NCBI GenBank assembly: GCA_965209055.1
Contig: OZ242374.1
Location: 2,432,001 to 2,496,000 of the forward strand
Reading direction: 5' to 3'
Source: Acidobacteriota bacterium
GTDB taxonomy: Bacteria; Acidobacteriota; UBA6911; RPQK01; JAJDTT01
DNA length: 64,000 nucleotides
The position numbers and the translations under genes are program-made. The notes below the pieces were generated by a model, which was not told where the DNA came from, ran no database searches, and worked only from the letters and a program-made list of their open reading frames with translations. This document shows positions 48,008 through 56,407 of the stretch, in pieces; positions within the stretch are counted from its first letter, which is position 1, and each line of letters opens with the position of its first letter.

Positions 48008-50353
48008 TCACGACTCCATCATGGATGATGCTAGCTGCCGTCGAACACGCTCGATTTCCGTCGCACGAACCTCGGCGGCCTTCGCTTCGGAGGATCTTCC
48101 GAGACCTTCGTCGACCATGGCCAAGAGTCTCCATGTCTGTGCCCTCCAAGGAGCCAGTTCCACCGCCCGTTCAGCGTGACCAATGGCACTGCGAAAATCA
48201 CGCGTTCGCCACCGGAACGAGGCTCGCTGAAACGGAATTTCCCAATATCGTGGATAAAGCGCTTGGGCTTGATCTAGGACTGTTTCGGCTTCCTCGTATT
48301 GTTCGGTCCATTCTTGCAACCGCGCCAAGTAGCAGAAGTCACCCGATTCCCTCAGCTTTTCGTCCTGAACAATTCGAGCAAAGAACTCCACGGCATCGGG
48401 CACAATCACCCGCTTACCGGCCGACGTTATTCTTCCGATGCAGAAACCGTCAGCTATCGTACTCGCTCGCACACGTTCGAGCCTGACAACGTTGTATCGT
48501 TCCCTCAGGTCCGTATCGCTAAACTCGGAAATCTTCTTCAGCCAACCGTCACAGAACTTCAAGCAATCGTGATGGGCGTTGACTCGATCCAAACAACGCG
48601 CCATCAGGTAAGCGATAAAGATACGATCGGAATTATGGATCGGCAGGTCCTGCATCTCGCGGAGTTCGTTGGAGCATTGAGCGTAGGCGGTCATCGCCTC
48701 AAGCACAATCGTCAATTGAAGCCGAGCAGGAAGGTACCGCGAATTATCCTTCTTCGCTTCGCGAAGGAGGCTAGCGGCGTATTTGAATCGTTTCACCGCC
48801 AATGGCCAATCGGTTTCGCGGATGCTCTCAGCTGCCTTGAAATATAGAGTCCCGACCTCTTGCAACGAGTGGACATCACGTTGTTGCGCGAGCCGGGTTT
48901 TGGCCGTCTCGAACGCGTCGTCAAAGGCACCCATCGCGGTTTGTGCAACGAGGAGGTTGCCGGTGAGATCTCGGTCACGACGATATAGTCGCAACCCCTC
49001 AAGTGCGACCGTGGCTGCAGCACGATGGTCAGAGGTTCTAATCAGGGCAAGCGAGAGATTGACGAAGTACTCGGCTGGTTTATCGATCGCAGCTGATATG
49101 CACGCGAGAACTTCAGTTGCCTCGTCGGCGCGGCCGAGGTGGATGAGGCACAAAGCATAGCAAACCGTGACGGCTTGATTGTAAGAGTAGTCTGGGGTGG
49201 CCACCACCATTTCCGGCACGAACAGGCTGCGTAGGATCGCCTCAGCTTTGGTGTAATCACCGACGGCGATGAGGGCGTCGGCTTCCCGCATGAACGGTTC
49301 CAGGTCGGATCCCTCGACAACACGATGAGTGCCCGCGTCGTTGGTTACGCCTCCCGCCACTCTGGAAAGGTCGCGATGAGTCTTTGCGCCGACCATGGAT
49401 ATTACGTATCGGCTAGTGGGTAGGAATCTTCGATAAGCTACCCGCCTTTTCTTCGCAGCTTCGGCGAGGGCAAGATCGATCGAGGCATAGTCAGGCGGTC
49501 TCTTCCTAGGGTCCTTTTCAAGACACTGGCGTATCAACCTCTCGGTGCCGAACGTGGTCTTCTTGAAGAGGCCCCCGAGCGGGGACGGTGCTTGGGACAA
49601 GTGCTTGAAAAGCACCTCGGCCACCGTAGTACCGACGAACGGGCACCTCCCGCATTCCCATTCGTACATGAGGCAACCCAAGCTGTAGATGTCGCTTCGG
49701 TGATCAACGTCACCACCCCTGCCGAGCTGCTCTGGAGAAGCGTAAGAGACAGTCCCCAAGATTTGCCCAGCCGCGGTGAGGCCGGGGTCTCCGCCGTCCC
49801 GTGCGGCAGCGGAGCCGTCGGTTTGCGTCGTGGGGTTGGCGACTGTAAGGGGTCGGGCTAAACCCCAGTCGGAGACGAATGCGAGATTGCGTTCGTCGAG
49901 CAAGATGTTGTCCGGCTTAAGGTCGCGGTGAATAACAGCGTGCTCTTGGTGCGCCCAAGCGAGGGTTCCGACGATACGCGCCATAACCGAGAAAAAGAAA
50001 TCCGGGGATCGGTTCTTCAGGTGTACACGGAGATTGCCACCCGGCATCCAGCGTGAGCATACAACGGGGACTTCATCGATCCGAGTGATGCACAGCGCTT
50101 CGACAACGCCATCACAGGCAGAAAGCGTGGTCCAGACGCGGACTTCACGGAGATATCGGGCCCAAGCGTCAGAATCATCAATGATTTCGCGTTGGATTGT
50201 CTTCAGAGCAAACGAAGCGCTACCCTGCACGACGCGGATGCACTCACCCATGCCGCCCCTCAAGATCCGATCAACCCTGAATTCCGCTGATGGCAATCCC
50301 AGGTGCGCGGCGAGTTCGGGCAGCGTTAGAATCTGACTCGGTCTAATAATCAA
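48008..50353 (-). CDS. Hanks-type Ser/Thr protein kinase with C-terminal TPR-like repeats (cytoplasmic)
   Basis: GGMG, ALK, HRDLKPDNIL, DWG, GTVSYASPEQ, DIYSLG, RP. Helical repeat C-terminus (AVELAPW). No TM segment. TTG start. Confidence 0.88.
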   Translation of the reverse strand: MIIRPSQILTLPELAAHLGLPSAEFRVDRILRGGMGECIRVVQGSASFALKTIQREIIDDSDAWARYLREVRVWTTLSACDGVVEALCITRIDEVPVVCSRWMPGGNLRVHLKNRSPDFFFSVMARIVGTLAWAHQEHAVIHRDLKPDNILLDERNLAFVSDWGLARPLTVANPTTQTDGSAAARDGGDPGLTAAGQILGTVSYASPEQLGRGGDVDHRSDIYSLGCLMYEWECGRCPFVGTTVAEVLFKHLSQAPSPLGGLFKKTTFGTERLIRQCLEKDPRKRPPDYASIDLALAEAAKKRRVAYRRFLPTSRYVISMVGAKTHRDLSRVAGGVTNDAGTHRVVEGSDLEPFMREADALIAVGDYTKAEAILRSLFVPEMVVATPDYSYNQAVTVCYALCLIHLGRADEATEVLACISAAIDKPAEYFVNLSLALIRTSDHRAAATVALEGLRLYRRDRDLTGNLLVAQTAMGAFDDAFETAKTRLAQQRDVHSLQEVGTLYFKAAESIRETDWPLAVKRFKYAASLLREAKKDNSRYLPARLQLTIVLEAMTAYAQCSNELREMQDLPIHNSDRIFIAYLMARCLDRVNAHHDCLKFCDGWLKKISEFSDTDLRERYNVVRLERVRASTIADGFCIGRITSAGKRVIVPDAVEFFARIVQDEKLRESGDFCYLARLQEWTEQYEEAETVLDQAQALYPRYWEIPFQRASFRWRTRDFRSAIGHAERAVELAPWRAQTWRLLAMVDEGLGRSSEAKAAEVRATEIERVRRQLASSMMES

Positions 50354-50618
50354 TTGGAGAATCTCGCTGTCACTTGCGTCGTTTCGCGTGTTCTAGCGCA
50401 TGCATACCGGATGAGCCGATCCGACAGGCCCCAGCCGCATGTATCAGCGCTCGTCTGGTGACACCGATACCGCACGATAGTGAACGTGTGGATTCGATGG
50501 CAACTGGTTCGATCCGCAACATCTCCGTCGTCTTGCGCCGAATCTTCGTTGCTGCCGACTGCATACTCGGAGGCGACGGGTGGCTCCCGACACGTTTGGG
50601 TGTCATGAGCCAGCCTAT

Positions 50619-50635
50619 CCAATGTAATACATTGG
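50619..50635. promoter_or_regulatory. Perfect operator-like palindrome CCAATGTA-A-TACATTGG
   Basis: 8-bp perfect arms, further flanked by CCAGCC/GGCTGG. Confidence 0.45.
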
Positions 50636-50768
50636 GGCTGGTGAGGGGATGCTACGCTACCCTTCGAACCCCGCTCGAAGTTCCGGCCAGTGGAGCCGGA
50701 GGCCCGACCGGCCGGTTGATCCGCCGCGTTCTCAGCAGCGCTTCGAGGCCTTCCCGCCAGGGATATAT

Positions 50769-50869
50769 TGGACGGGAGCGACCCCCCCAGGGGGTGTGGC
50801 GCAGATGTAAATTGCGCCACACCCCCGCGCCCGCACCGGGCAGGAAAAAGGGGGGGTCGCTCCCGTCCA
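50769..50869. repeat. Nested perfect inverted repeats (three-way junction/cruciform); candidate origin or protein-binding site
   Basis: 20-bp IR 50769-50788/50850-50869 encloses a 14-bp IR 50790-50803/50813-50826 and a 5-bp hairpin 50829-50841. Confidence 0.8.
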
Positions 50870-51069
50870 CCTCCGATTTCCCCGTGCGGGCACGGCGGAG
50901 CCGGGAATGTGGCCGTAACTGCATGAGCGACAAAGAGATCGGGGAAAGCGGAGGTGAAAGTCAAAAGGCTGCCGGGATGTAAGTCGCGTCCTTTGTCTCC
51001 CTTACACTCCCGGATCGACACCGGGAAGCCCTTTCACCTCCCCATGAACCTCGTCGATCCGCAAGTGAC

Positions 51070-51400
51070 GCAGCTGTTGCAAGCGCTGGCGGCGCTTGGC
51101 CTTTCCCGGCGGCTGTTCCCGTGCCGCCACTATGCCGGCCATGTCCAGGGACGGCGCCGGTACTTCCCCCGCAAGCTCCCCCTGGCCCTGGAGGAGGACC
51201 GGGCGACCTTCGTCTATGTCGATCCCGGTCGGGATACCGACTCGGAGCTGCTTTCGTGGAGGGCGGAGCACGCCCCGATCTGGGCCGGGCTGCGCGCACG
51301 AGAGCGCCCGGTGCACGTGGTCGCGGTGGCCCGCGACGACCTCCGGCGGGAGCGGGCCGGGAAGATCCTGCGGCGCTGGGCCAGCCCGGACCCCGAGGCC
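51070..51400 (+). pseudogene. Truncated fragment of a mobile-element-associated protein (possibly replication/relaxation related)
   Basis: LGLSRRLFPCRHY...RRYFPRKLPLAL...FVYVDPG..SW..EH..IW..LR..VHVVAV reads as the C-terminal part of a protein, with host-like GC. No credible N-terminus. Function is inference. Confidence 0.45.
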
Positions 51401-51581
51401 GTGTTCCACTTCCGGTGGGCCGGTCCGGAGAAGTCCCAGGATGTGAAACACACATGGGGGAGTGTGTTCCACTCTCGGAGCGGCGAGTTTCACAAGCCCC
51501 CTTTCCGTCATCTTGTTGAGCCCCTTCGGGTTGTCCCCGTCCTTCCGGAGGAGGCGCGCCCGGACGGGGAGTCCGGGTAGG

Positions 51582-51690
51582 AGAAGTGAGCGACCCCCCT
51601 GTTTTCGTGCCTCGCACGTCACGCAAGCGCTGCCAGTGTTCCACTCCGTTGGACACCAGCGCGGCATGCGCGGGGGGGTCGCTCACTTCT
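51582..51690. repeat. Perfect 18-bp inverted repeat sharing the GAGCGACCCCCC core
   Basis: AGAAGTGAGCGACCCCCC (51582-51599) / GGGGGGTCGCTCACTTCT (51673-51690). Confidence 0.8.
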
Positions 51691-51955
51691 TCATTGATCC
51701 CTGCGGGAAGGCCTCTGCGAAGATGGGGACGGGAGAATTCCAGTCTGTCGTGAGAGAATGCCCCGCATGGGAGAGGACAACGTCCAACGGCCTATCCCGA
51801 ACCCTTGGCCCGGTCTCACCAAGCCAACACAGGCGAAATGGCGGGCTTGTTTTTTCGGGAATTCTCGAAGACTGCGCCTGAGTGGGTTTCAGGCGGCGAA
51901 TCGGCGGGCTATGGCTTCGCGCAGGCCTTCAAGCAGGCGCTCTGCGCACGGCGGA

Positions 51956-53179
51956 TCAACGGAGCAGTCCGGCCGCCGAGTCTCGACTCTCGCCAGCCAG
52001 GTAGTCCGCCCATTCGTCCATGAGCCGACGCCGGCGCTCGAACAGGTCCGTGCGTCGGTAGGCCGCCTCGATCGGGTTGCGCACCTTGTGCGCCAAAGCC
52101 GCCTCCGCCACCTCGCGCGGATGATCCGTCTCCTCCGCCGCCCAGTCCCGGAAACTCGACCGGAACCCGTGCGGTACCGCCGCGATCCTCAACCTCCGGA
52201 GCAGCTCCGCCATCGCCGTGTTCCCGACTGGCTTTCCGCCCACGCTCGGAAACACGAGGGGTCCGATGCCACCGAGGGCCCGCGCCTCCTCCAGGATCTC
52301 CAACGCTCGCCGGGACAACGGGACCCGGTGCTCCCGATTCCCCTTCGTACGCCGGGCCGGGATGGTCCACACCCCCTCCTCCCGGTCGATCTCCGTCCAC
52401 GCGGCCCTGCGGACCTCGCCGGAACGTGTCGCCGTCAGCACCAGGAACTCGAACGCCAGCTTCAACACCGGCCGCGCGTTGGACGCCTGCACCGACTGGA
52501 GCGCGGCTGCAACCTCGCGGTGGGGCAACGCCCGCATGTGACGCACTACCTTCCCCTGCGCACCAAGCACCGGGCCGATCCGGTCACAGGGGTTGTCGGG
52601 CCGAAGATCCATCGCCACGGCCCACTCCAGGACCGCGCGGATGCGCTGGCGCAGCTTCCGGGCCGTGGAGGCCTTCTCGTGCCAGATCGGAGCGAGGATG
52701 CCGATCACGTCGGCACTCGTCACCTCCGCAATCGGCATCTCGCCGATGCGAGGGAAGGCGTGGTATTCCAGGCTCCCCAGCCAGAGCCGCGCATGCCGGG
52801 CGGAGCGCCAGCCCGGCCGCAGTTGCTTCCAGACCGTCCGGGTGGCGTCCGCGAACGTGGGCATCGCGACGGACTCCCGCTTCCCGGCCCGGGGATCGCC
52901 CCCCTCGCGGGCCAGCTTGCGGTTGGCGAACGCCTTCTCTCGCGCTTCCCTGAGCGAGACGAGGGGGAATCCACCGAGTCCGAGCTCGGCTCGGCGGCCA
53001 CGGATCGTGAGGCGTTGAATCCAGCCCCGGCTGCCCGTGGGCCGGACGTCGAGATAGAGACCCTGGCCGTCGCAGTAGCGTCCGGCCTGACTCACGTTGC
53101 GGACAAAGACCGGTGTCAGGGCGTTGAGGGGATGCCGGCCGCGCGGCTTGCGTTTCGGGGGACGTTTCACAAGTGCCAT
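51956..53179 (-). CDS. P4-like tyrosine integrase with an N-terminal arm-DNA-binding (DUF4102) domain
   Basis: DGQGLYLDV...LGLGGFPLVSLREAREKA. Catalytic R (TATRSGEV), K (RTKG), HGFR, ALAH and Y (AAYRR) all present. Confidence 0.95.
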   Translation of the reverse strand: MALVKRPPKRKPRGRHPLNALTPVFVRNVSQAGRYCDGQGLYLDVRPTGSRGWIQRLTIRGRRAELGLGGFPLVSLREAREKAFANRKLAREGGDPRAGKRESVAMPTFADATRTVWKQLRPGWRSARHARLWLGSLEYHAFPRIGEMPIAEVTSADVIGILAPIWHEKASTARKLRQRIRAVLEWAVAMDLRPDNPCDRIGPVLGAQGKVVRHMRALPHREVAAALQSVQASNARPVLKLAFEFLVLTATRSGEVRRAAWTEIDREEGVWTIPARRTKGNREHRVPLSRRALEILEEARALGGIGPLVFPSVGGKPVGNTAMAELLRRLRIAAVPHGFRSSFRDWAAEETDHPREVAEAALAHKVRNPIEAAYRRTDLFERRRRLMDEWADYLAGESRDSAAGLLR

Positions 53180-53200
53180 ACCCACCACTATACCCCCACA
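53178..53200. promoter_or_regulatory. Putative integrase arm-type binding sites
   Basis: Tandem ATACCCACCA / ATACCCCCAC, 12 bp apart at the int start. A C-rich look-alike (TTCCCCCCATTATTTCCACC) lies ~60 bp inside the other end. Confidence 0.45.
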
Positions 53201-53340
53201 ATATCGTGGATGCAAGGGGACGAAGCGGATCGGTATGGGACACCATTGGGCGTCAGAAATCCTGATAAATCAATGAAAAACAGACACTTATGTACAGCAC
53301 TGGACATATCTGGACGCTATGTCCATCTCACAAACTACAG

Positions 53341-53458
53341 CCCGGCGGACTGCGTTGCGATTCGGGCACATACTCAAGGTATGCACCCGAATCGCGCCTT
53401 GTCCGGCGGGCGCAGGAACGGTCTCGGTGCTCGCGGGACTTTCACCACGGACTGCTAG
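53341..53458. repeat. Right part of the split 166-bp palindromic repeat, including the right att core
   Basis: Core CCCGGCGGACTG, central hairpin GCGATTCGGG..CATAC-TCAAG-GTATG..CCCGAATCGC, an arm complementary to 42485-42514, and terminal GACTTTCACCACGGACTGCTAG. Confidence 0.85.
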
Positions 53459-53559
53459 GCCGTTCTCCCCGACGGGAGATCGATGAACCCGTGGAACACT
53501 CCTTCGGATCGGCCGTTTTCCATTCTTCACCTCCAGCGTAATTTCATATACTTCGAGCC

Positions 53560-54162
53560 ATGTCCAAGGAGGCCGTCCCGCATCATCCCGTTCACAGATT
53601 CATCTCGGCGCGCTGGAGTCCATACGCCTTCTCGCGGCGGCTGATCCCTCGCGAAGATCTGCTGTCCATCTTCGAGGCGGCGCGCTGGGCGGCATCCTCG
53701 TTCAACGAACAGCCCTGGCGCTATCTCGTCGCGAGTCGCGACCGGAAGGAGGAATTCGAGAAGGTCTTGAGCTGCCTGCTCGAGGGCAACCAGGCCTGGG
53801 CCCGCGAAGTTCCGACGCTCGCGCTCGGGTGCATCAGGACAAGCTTCACCCACAACGGCCGGTTCAACCGCGTCGCACAGCACGATCTGGGACTGGCTTC
53901 CGCGAGCCTCACGTTCGAGGCGACGAGCCGGGGAATCTACGTGCATCAAATGGCCGGAATTCGGCCCGACAAGGCGCGGGAGGTATTTTCCATCCCGGAC
54001 GGGTTCGAGGCAGTAACGGCGCTGGCGCTCGGCTATCGGGCCGATCCCGGCGCTGGAGCCCCGAAATTGCGGGCACGAGACGAAGGTTCGCGCACCCGCC
54101 GGCCCCAGAGCGAGTTCGTGTTCGGCGCCGAGTGGGGAAAGCCGGGTCTTGGATCCACGTAG
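53560..54162 (+). CDS. Nitroreductase family protein
   Basis: RWSPYAF, EAARWAASSFNEQPWRY, HDLG, HQMAG. Confidence 0.92.
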   Translation: MSKEAVPHHPVHRFISARWSPYAFSRRLIPREDLLSIFEAARWAASSFNEQPWRYLVASRDRKEEFEKVLSCLLEGNQAWAREVPTLALGCIRTSFTHNGRFNRVAQHDLGLASASLTFEATSRGIYVHQMAGIRPDKAREVFSIPDGFEAVTALALGYRADPGAGAPKLRARDEGSRTRRPQSEFVFGAEWGKPGLGST

Positions 54163-54264
54163 AGAGGTGGGCAGCGGTTCTCGACGATCGATTGCCCATC
54201 GGACCCCTTGCCTATATCGTGTCGGATATCCTCCCGCCACCTGTCGAGAGTAAGGAGAACGTCG

Positions 54265-54678
54265 ATGAAGCTCCTGTCGCTGGCCCTTTCCGTCATCCTG
54301 GTGCTGTCGTCCAGCCTTCCTGCCGCCCCCGGGCCGGACGCGGTTCACATCGTGTCCATTGAAGACCTGAAAGCCGAGATCGCGGCAGGCAATGCCGAAC
54401 GCGCCGGCGACATCCGCGAAGTTCTGACACTGCTCCAACGTCCGGAGGTGCAGAAACTTGGCCGCCATTTCGACCTGGAGAAGATCGAAGCGGCAATCCC
54501 GGCACTCGATGACGACACTCTGGCCCGGCTGGCCGATGAGAGCGCTCGGATGAACGAGCAGTTTCGGGCGGGAGATTCGGAACCGCAATGCGGATGCGAC
54601 TTGAAGAGAGCCATCGCCTTATGGACCATCTTTTGGGGCTCCATAGTGGCCATTGTCGCGATTGCTGTTCTTGGGTAA
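54265..54678 (+). CDS. Small exported helical protein with a C-terminal TM (PA2779-like)
   Basis: AAGGAG RBS, signal peptide, LQRPEVQ, IPALDDDTLARLA, hydrophobic C-terminus. Confidence 0.6.
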   Translation: MKLLSLALSVILVLSSSLPAAPGPDAVHIVSIEDLKAEIAAGNAERAGDIREVLTLLQRPEVQKLGRHFDLEKIEAAIPALDDDTLARLADESARMNEQFRAGDSEPQCGCDLKRAIALWTIFWGSIVAIVAIAVLG

Positions 54679-54859
54679 CGGCAGCTGTCGTACAGGCGTT
54701 GGACAGAGTGGTCGAAAACGAGCAGACGTTCTGACGAATTCTGATCCGTTCCCACACCGGGACAGCCCGCCCGATGCGCTTCCCGGCGGTGCTCGGCTTC
54801 GGTAAGATCAAGAGCAATCGATCCTTCTCCGAGCGCGCCCAGGACAGTTGGGAATGCCC

Positions 54860-56011
54860 ATGCCAGGTCCGATTCGCACTCTCGTTGTTTTCCTCCTGTT
54901 GATCGCTCCCGGGTTCGCCGGTCAAGAGTGCCAGGTTCCACCGGAAGCCCTCGTGGAACCGGGCGGTTCCGGGGCGGTTCCAGGACCTCCCCCCGTGGGT
55001 TTCCGGTGCAAAGACCAACCCGAGGGCGCGTCCTGCTGGATGGAGTTGGCCAACCAGCCGGGATGTTACGTCTGGAACAACTACTTCGAGCCGGACGAGA
55101 ACGTGACCTGGACGGCCGAGTGCTCGGAGGGGTTGGCTCGGGGCACCGGCACGCTCAGGGAGGTCTGGGAGGCGGGCAAGAAATCCCAGGAAAAAACGGG
55201 GTCCCTCGAAGGAGGCAGGGCACAGGGCCAATGGGTTTACCGCGACAAGGACGGGAACATTTCCGAAGGCGCCTATGAGGACGGGAACAAGCACGGCCAT
55301 TGGGTGGAGCGCCTGGAGAACGGCACGGTCCAGGAAGGCCCCTATGAGTCGGGGGAGCGTCATGGCGATTGGGTCTTGCGATTCGCTTCCGGGACTGTCA
55401 TGGAAGGCCCGTTCGCGGCGGGGAAACAGCAGGGCCGGTGGGTCTTGCGTTTCGCGTCCGGGAACGTCTCGGAAGGTTCCTATGATGCGGGTCAGCGTCA
55501 CGGGCATTGGGTCGAGAAATTCGTTTCCGGGACCGTCCAGGAAGGACCGTACAAGGAAGGGAACCGCCAGGGCCGGTGGGTGTTGCGCTTCACTTCCGGG
55601 ACCGTGATGGAGGGCGCGTTCGCGGCGGGGAAGCGTCACGGTCATTGGGTGGAACGCTACGGGGACGGGGGTGTTCAGGAAGGCCCGTATGAAACGGGGA
55701 AGCGCCACGGTCATTGGGTGGAGCGCTACCCGGACGGGACCGTCCTGGAGGGTCCGTACGAGGCGGGGAAGGAGCAGGGCCATTGGGTTTTGCGTTTGCC
55801 GGACGGGGGCGTGCAGGAAGGTCCGTACGAGGCGGGGAAACGCCACGGCCGGTGGGTCGAGCGCGACGCGGACGGTTATGTCCAAGAAGGCCCCTATGAG
55901 GAATCGCTGCGTCAGGGTTGGTGGGTGATGCGCAAGAAGGGGCTCGTGGTTGACATGGCGTACTTTACGGACGGGGAAGGCCAGTGGACATTAGGCCGTA
56001 CTCCCCGATAA
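54860..56011 (+). CDS. Secreted MORN-like (23-aa) repeat protein with a Cys-rich N-domain, paralog 2
   Basis: Same architecture as 41468-42460 with 10 full repeats. 51 bp are identical between paralogs (41628-41678 = 55029-55079). Confidence 0.82.
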   Translation: MPGPIRTLVVFLLLIAPGFAGQECQVPPEALVEPGGSGAVPGPPPVGFRCKDQPEGASCWMELANQPGCYVWNNYFEPDENVTWTAECSEGLARGTGTLREVWEAGKKSQEKTGSLEGGRAQGQWVYRDKDGNISEGAYEDGNKHGHWVERLENGTVQEGPYESGERHGDWVLRFASGTVMEGPFAAGKQQGRWVLRFASGNVSEGSYDAGQRHGHWVEKFVSGTVQEGPYKEGNRQGRWVLRFTSGTVMEGAFAAGKRHGHWVERYGDGGVQEGPYETGKRHGHWVERYPDGTVLEGPYEAGKEQGHWVLRLPDGGVQEGPYEAGKRHGRWVERDADGYVQEGPYEESLRQGWWVMRKKGLVVDMAYFTDGEGQWTLGRTPR

Positions 56012-56191
56012 GAGGGCCGGATCAGAAGCGTCAACCCGGCAACACCTGAAGGAAGGGGGCCCTGTCCAGTGGAATCCGCCGGGGAGGCGTCATCGGACCT
56101 TCGCCCGAGACGAACTCCAGGTTCGATCGACCTGCCGTAGGTCCTGGCTCCCTGCCAATCTTTCCCGATTCCAACGCCGGCGGATGCTTCG

Positions 56192-56407
56192 TCAGTCACC
56201 CTGTAAATCGCGCGCTCGCCGCCGGGCCTGCGCTACGAGTACGCCGCCGAGCCCCAGTACTCCGCCGATCAGTACGAACGCCGGCGTGTCCGCGCCTTGA
56301 TCGCCGAGCGAAGCATTGAACGCGCCGCCCGCCAGCATGCCGATCAGCATTGCAAGCAGAGCTCTCACCATGTCGCGCTTGTCCGGAAGGAATCTTCCTT
56401 TGGTCAT
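56192..56407 (-). CDS. Small two-TM membrane protein
   Basis: Two hydrophobic helices. ATGA overlap with the upstream GNAT gene. Confidence 0.55.
   Translation of the reverse strand: MTKGRFLPDKRDMVRALLAMLIGMLAGGAFNASLGDQGADTPAFVLIGGVLGLGGVLVAQARRRARDLQGD

Larger units (their letters stand above)
42505..53352. mobile_element. ~10.8 kb integrative element/defence island with a P4-like tyrosine integrase
   Basis: Exact 12-bp direct repeat CCCGGCGGACTG at 42505-42516 and 53341-53352 (16 of 18 when extended: CTGCATCCC.../CTACAGCCC...). Integrase is adjacent to one end. AT-rich tracts lie just inside both ends. Cargo is RM/kinase, with pseudogenes. Confidence 0.88.

Noticed and set aside
51401-51645. 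parS sites
   Set aside because: Only half-site-like GTGTTCCAC/GTGAAACA sequences. No full 16-bp parS palindrome and no parAB.
41800-55930. 69-bp periodic repeats as an array, or the paralog pairs as DGR template/variable repeats
   Set aside because: The repeats are in-frame protein repeats. No reverse transcriptase is present, and the differences are not confined to adenines.
41468-56011. The two MORN-like genes as the direct repeats bounding the island
   Set aside because: They are diverged paralogs. The precise boundaries are better explained by the 12-bp core and the split palindrome.
55912-56199. 95-aa minus-strand ORF
   Set aside because: Overlaps the 3' end of the MORN-like gene and has no recognisable features. 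At most a truncated remnant.
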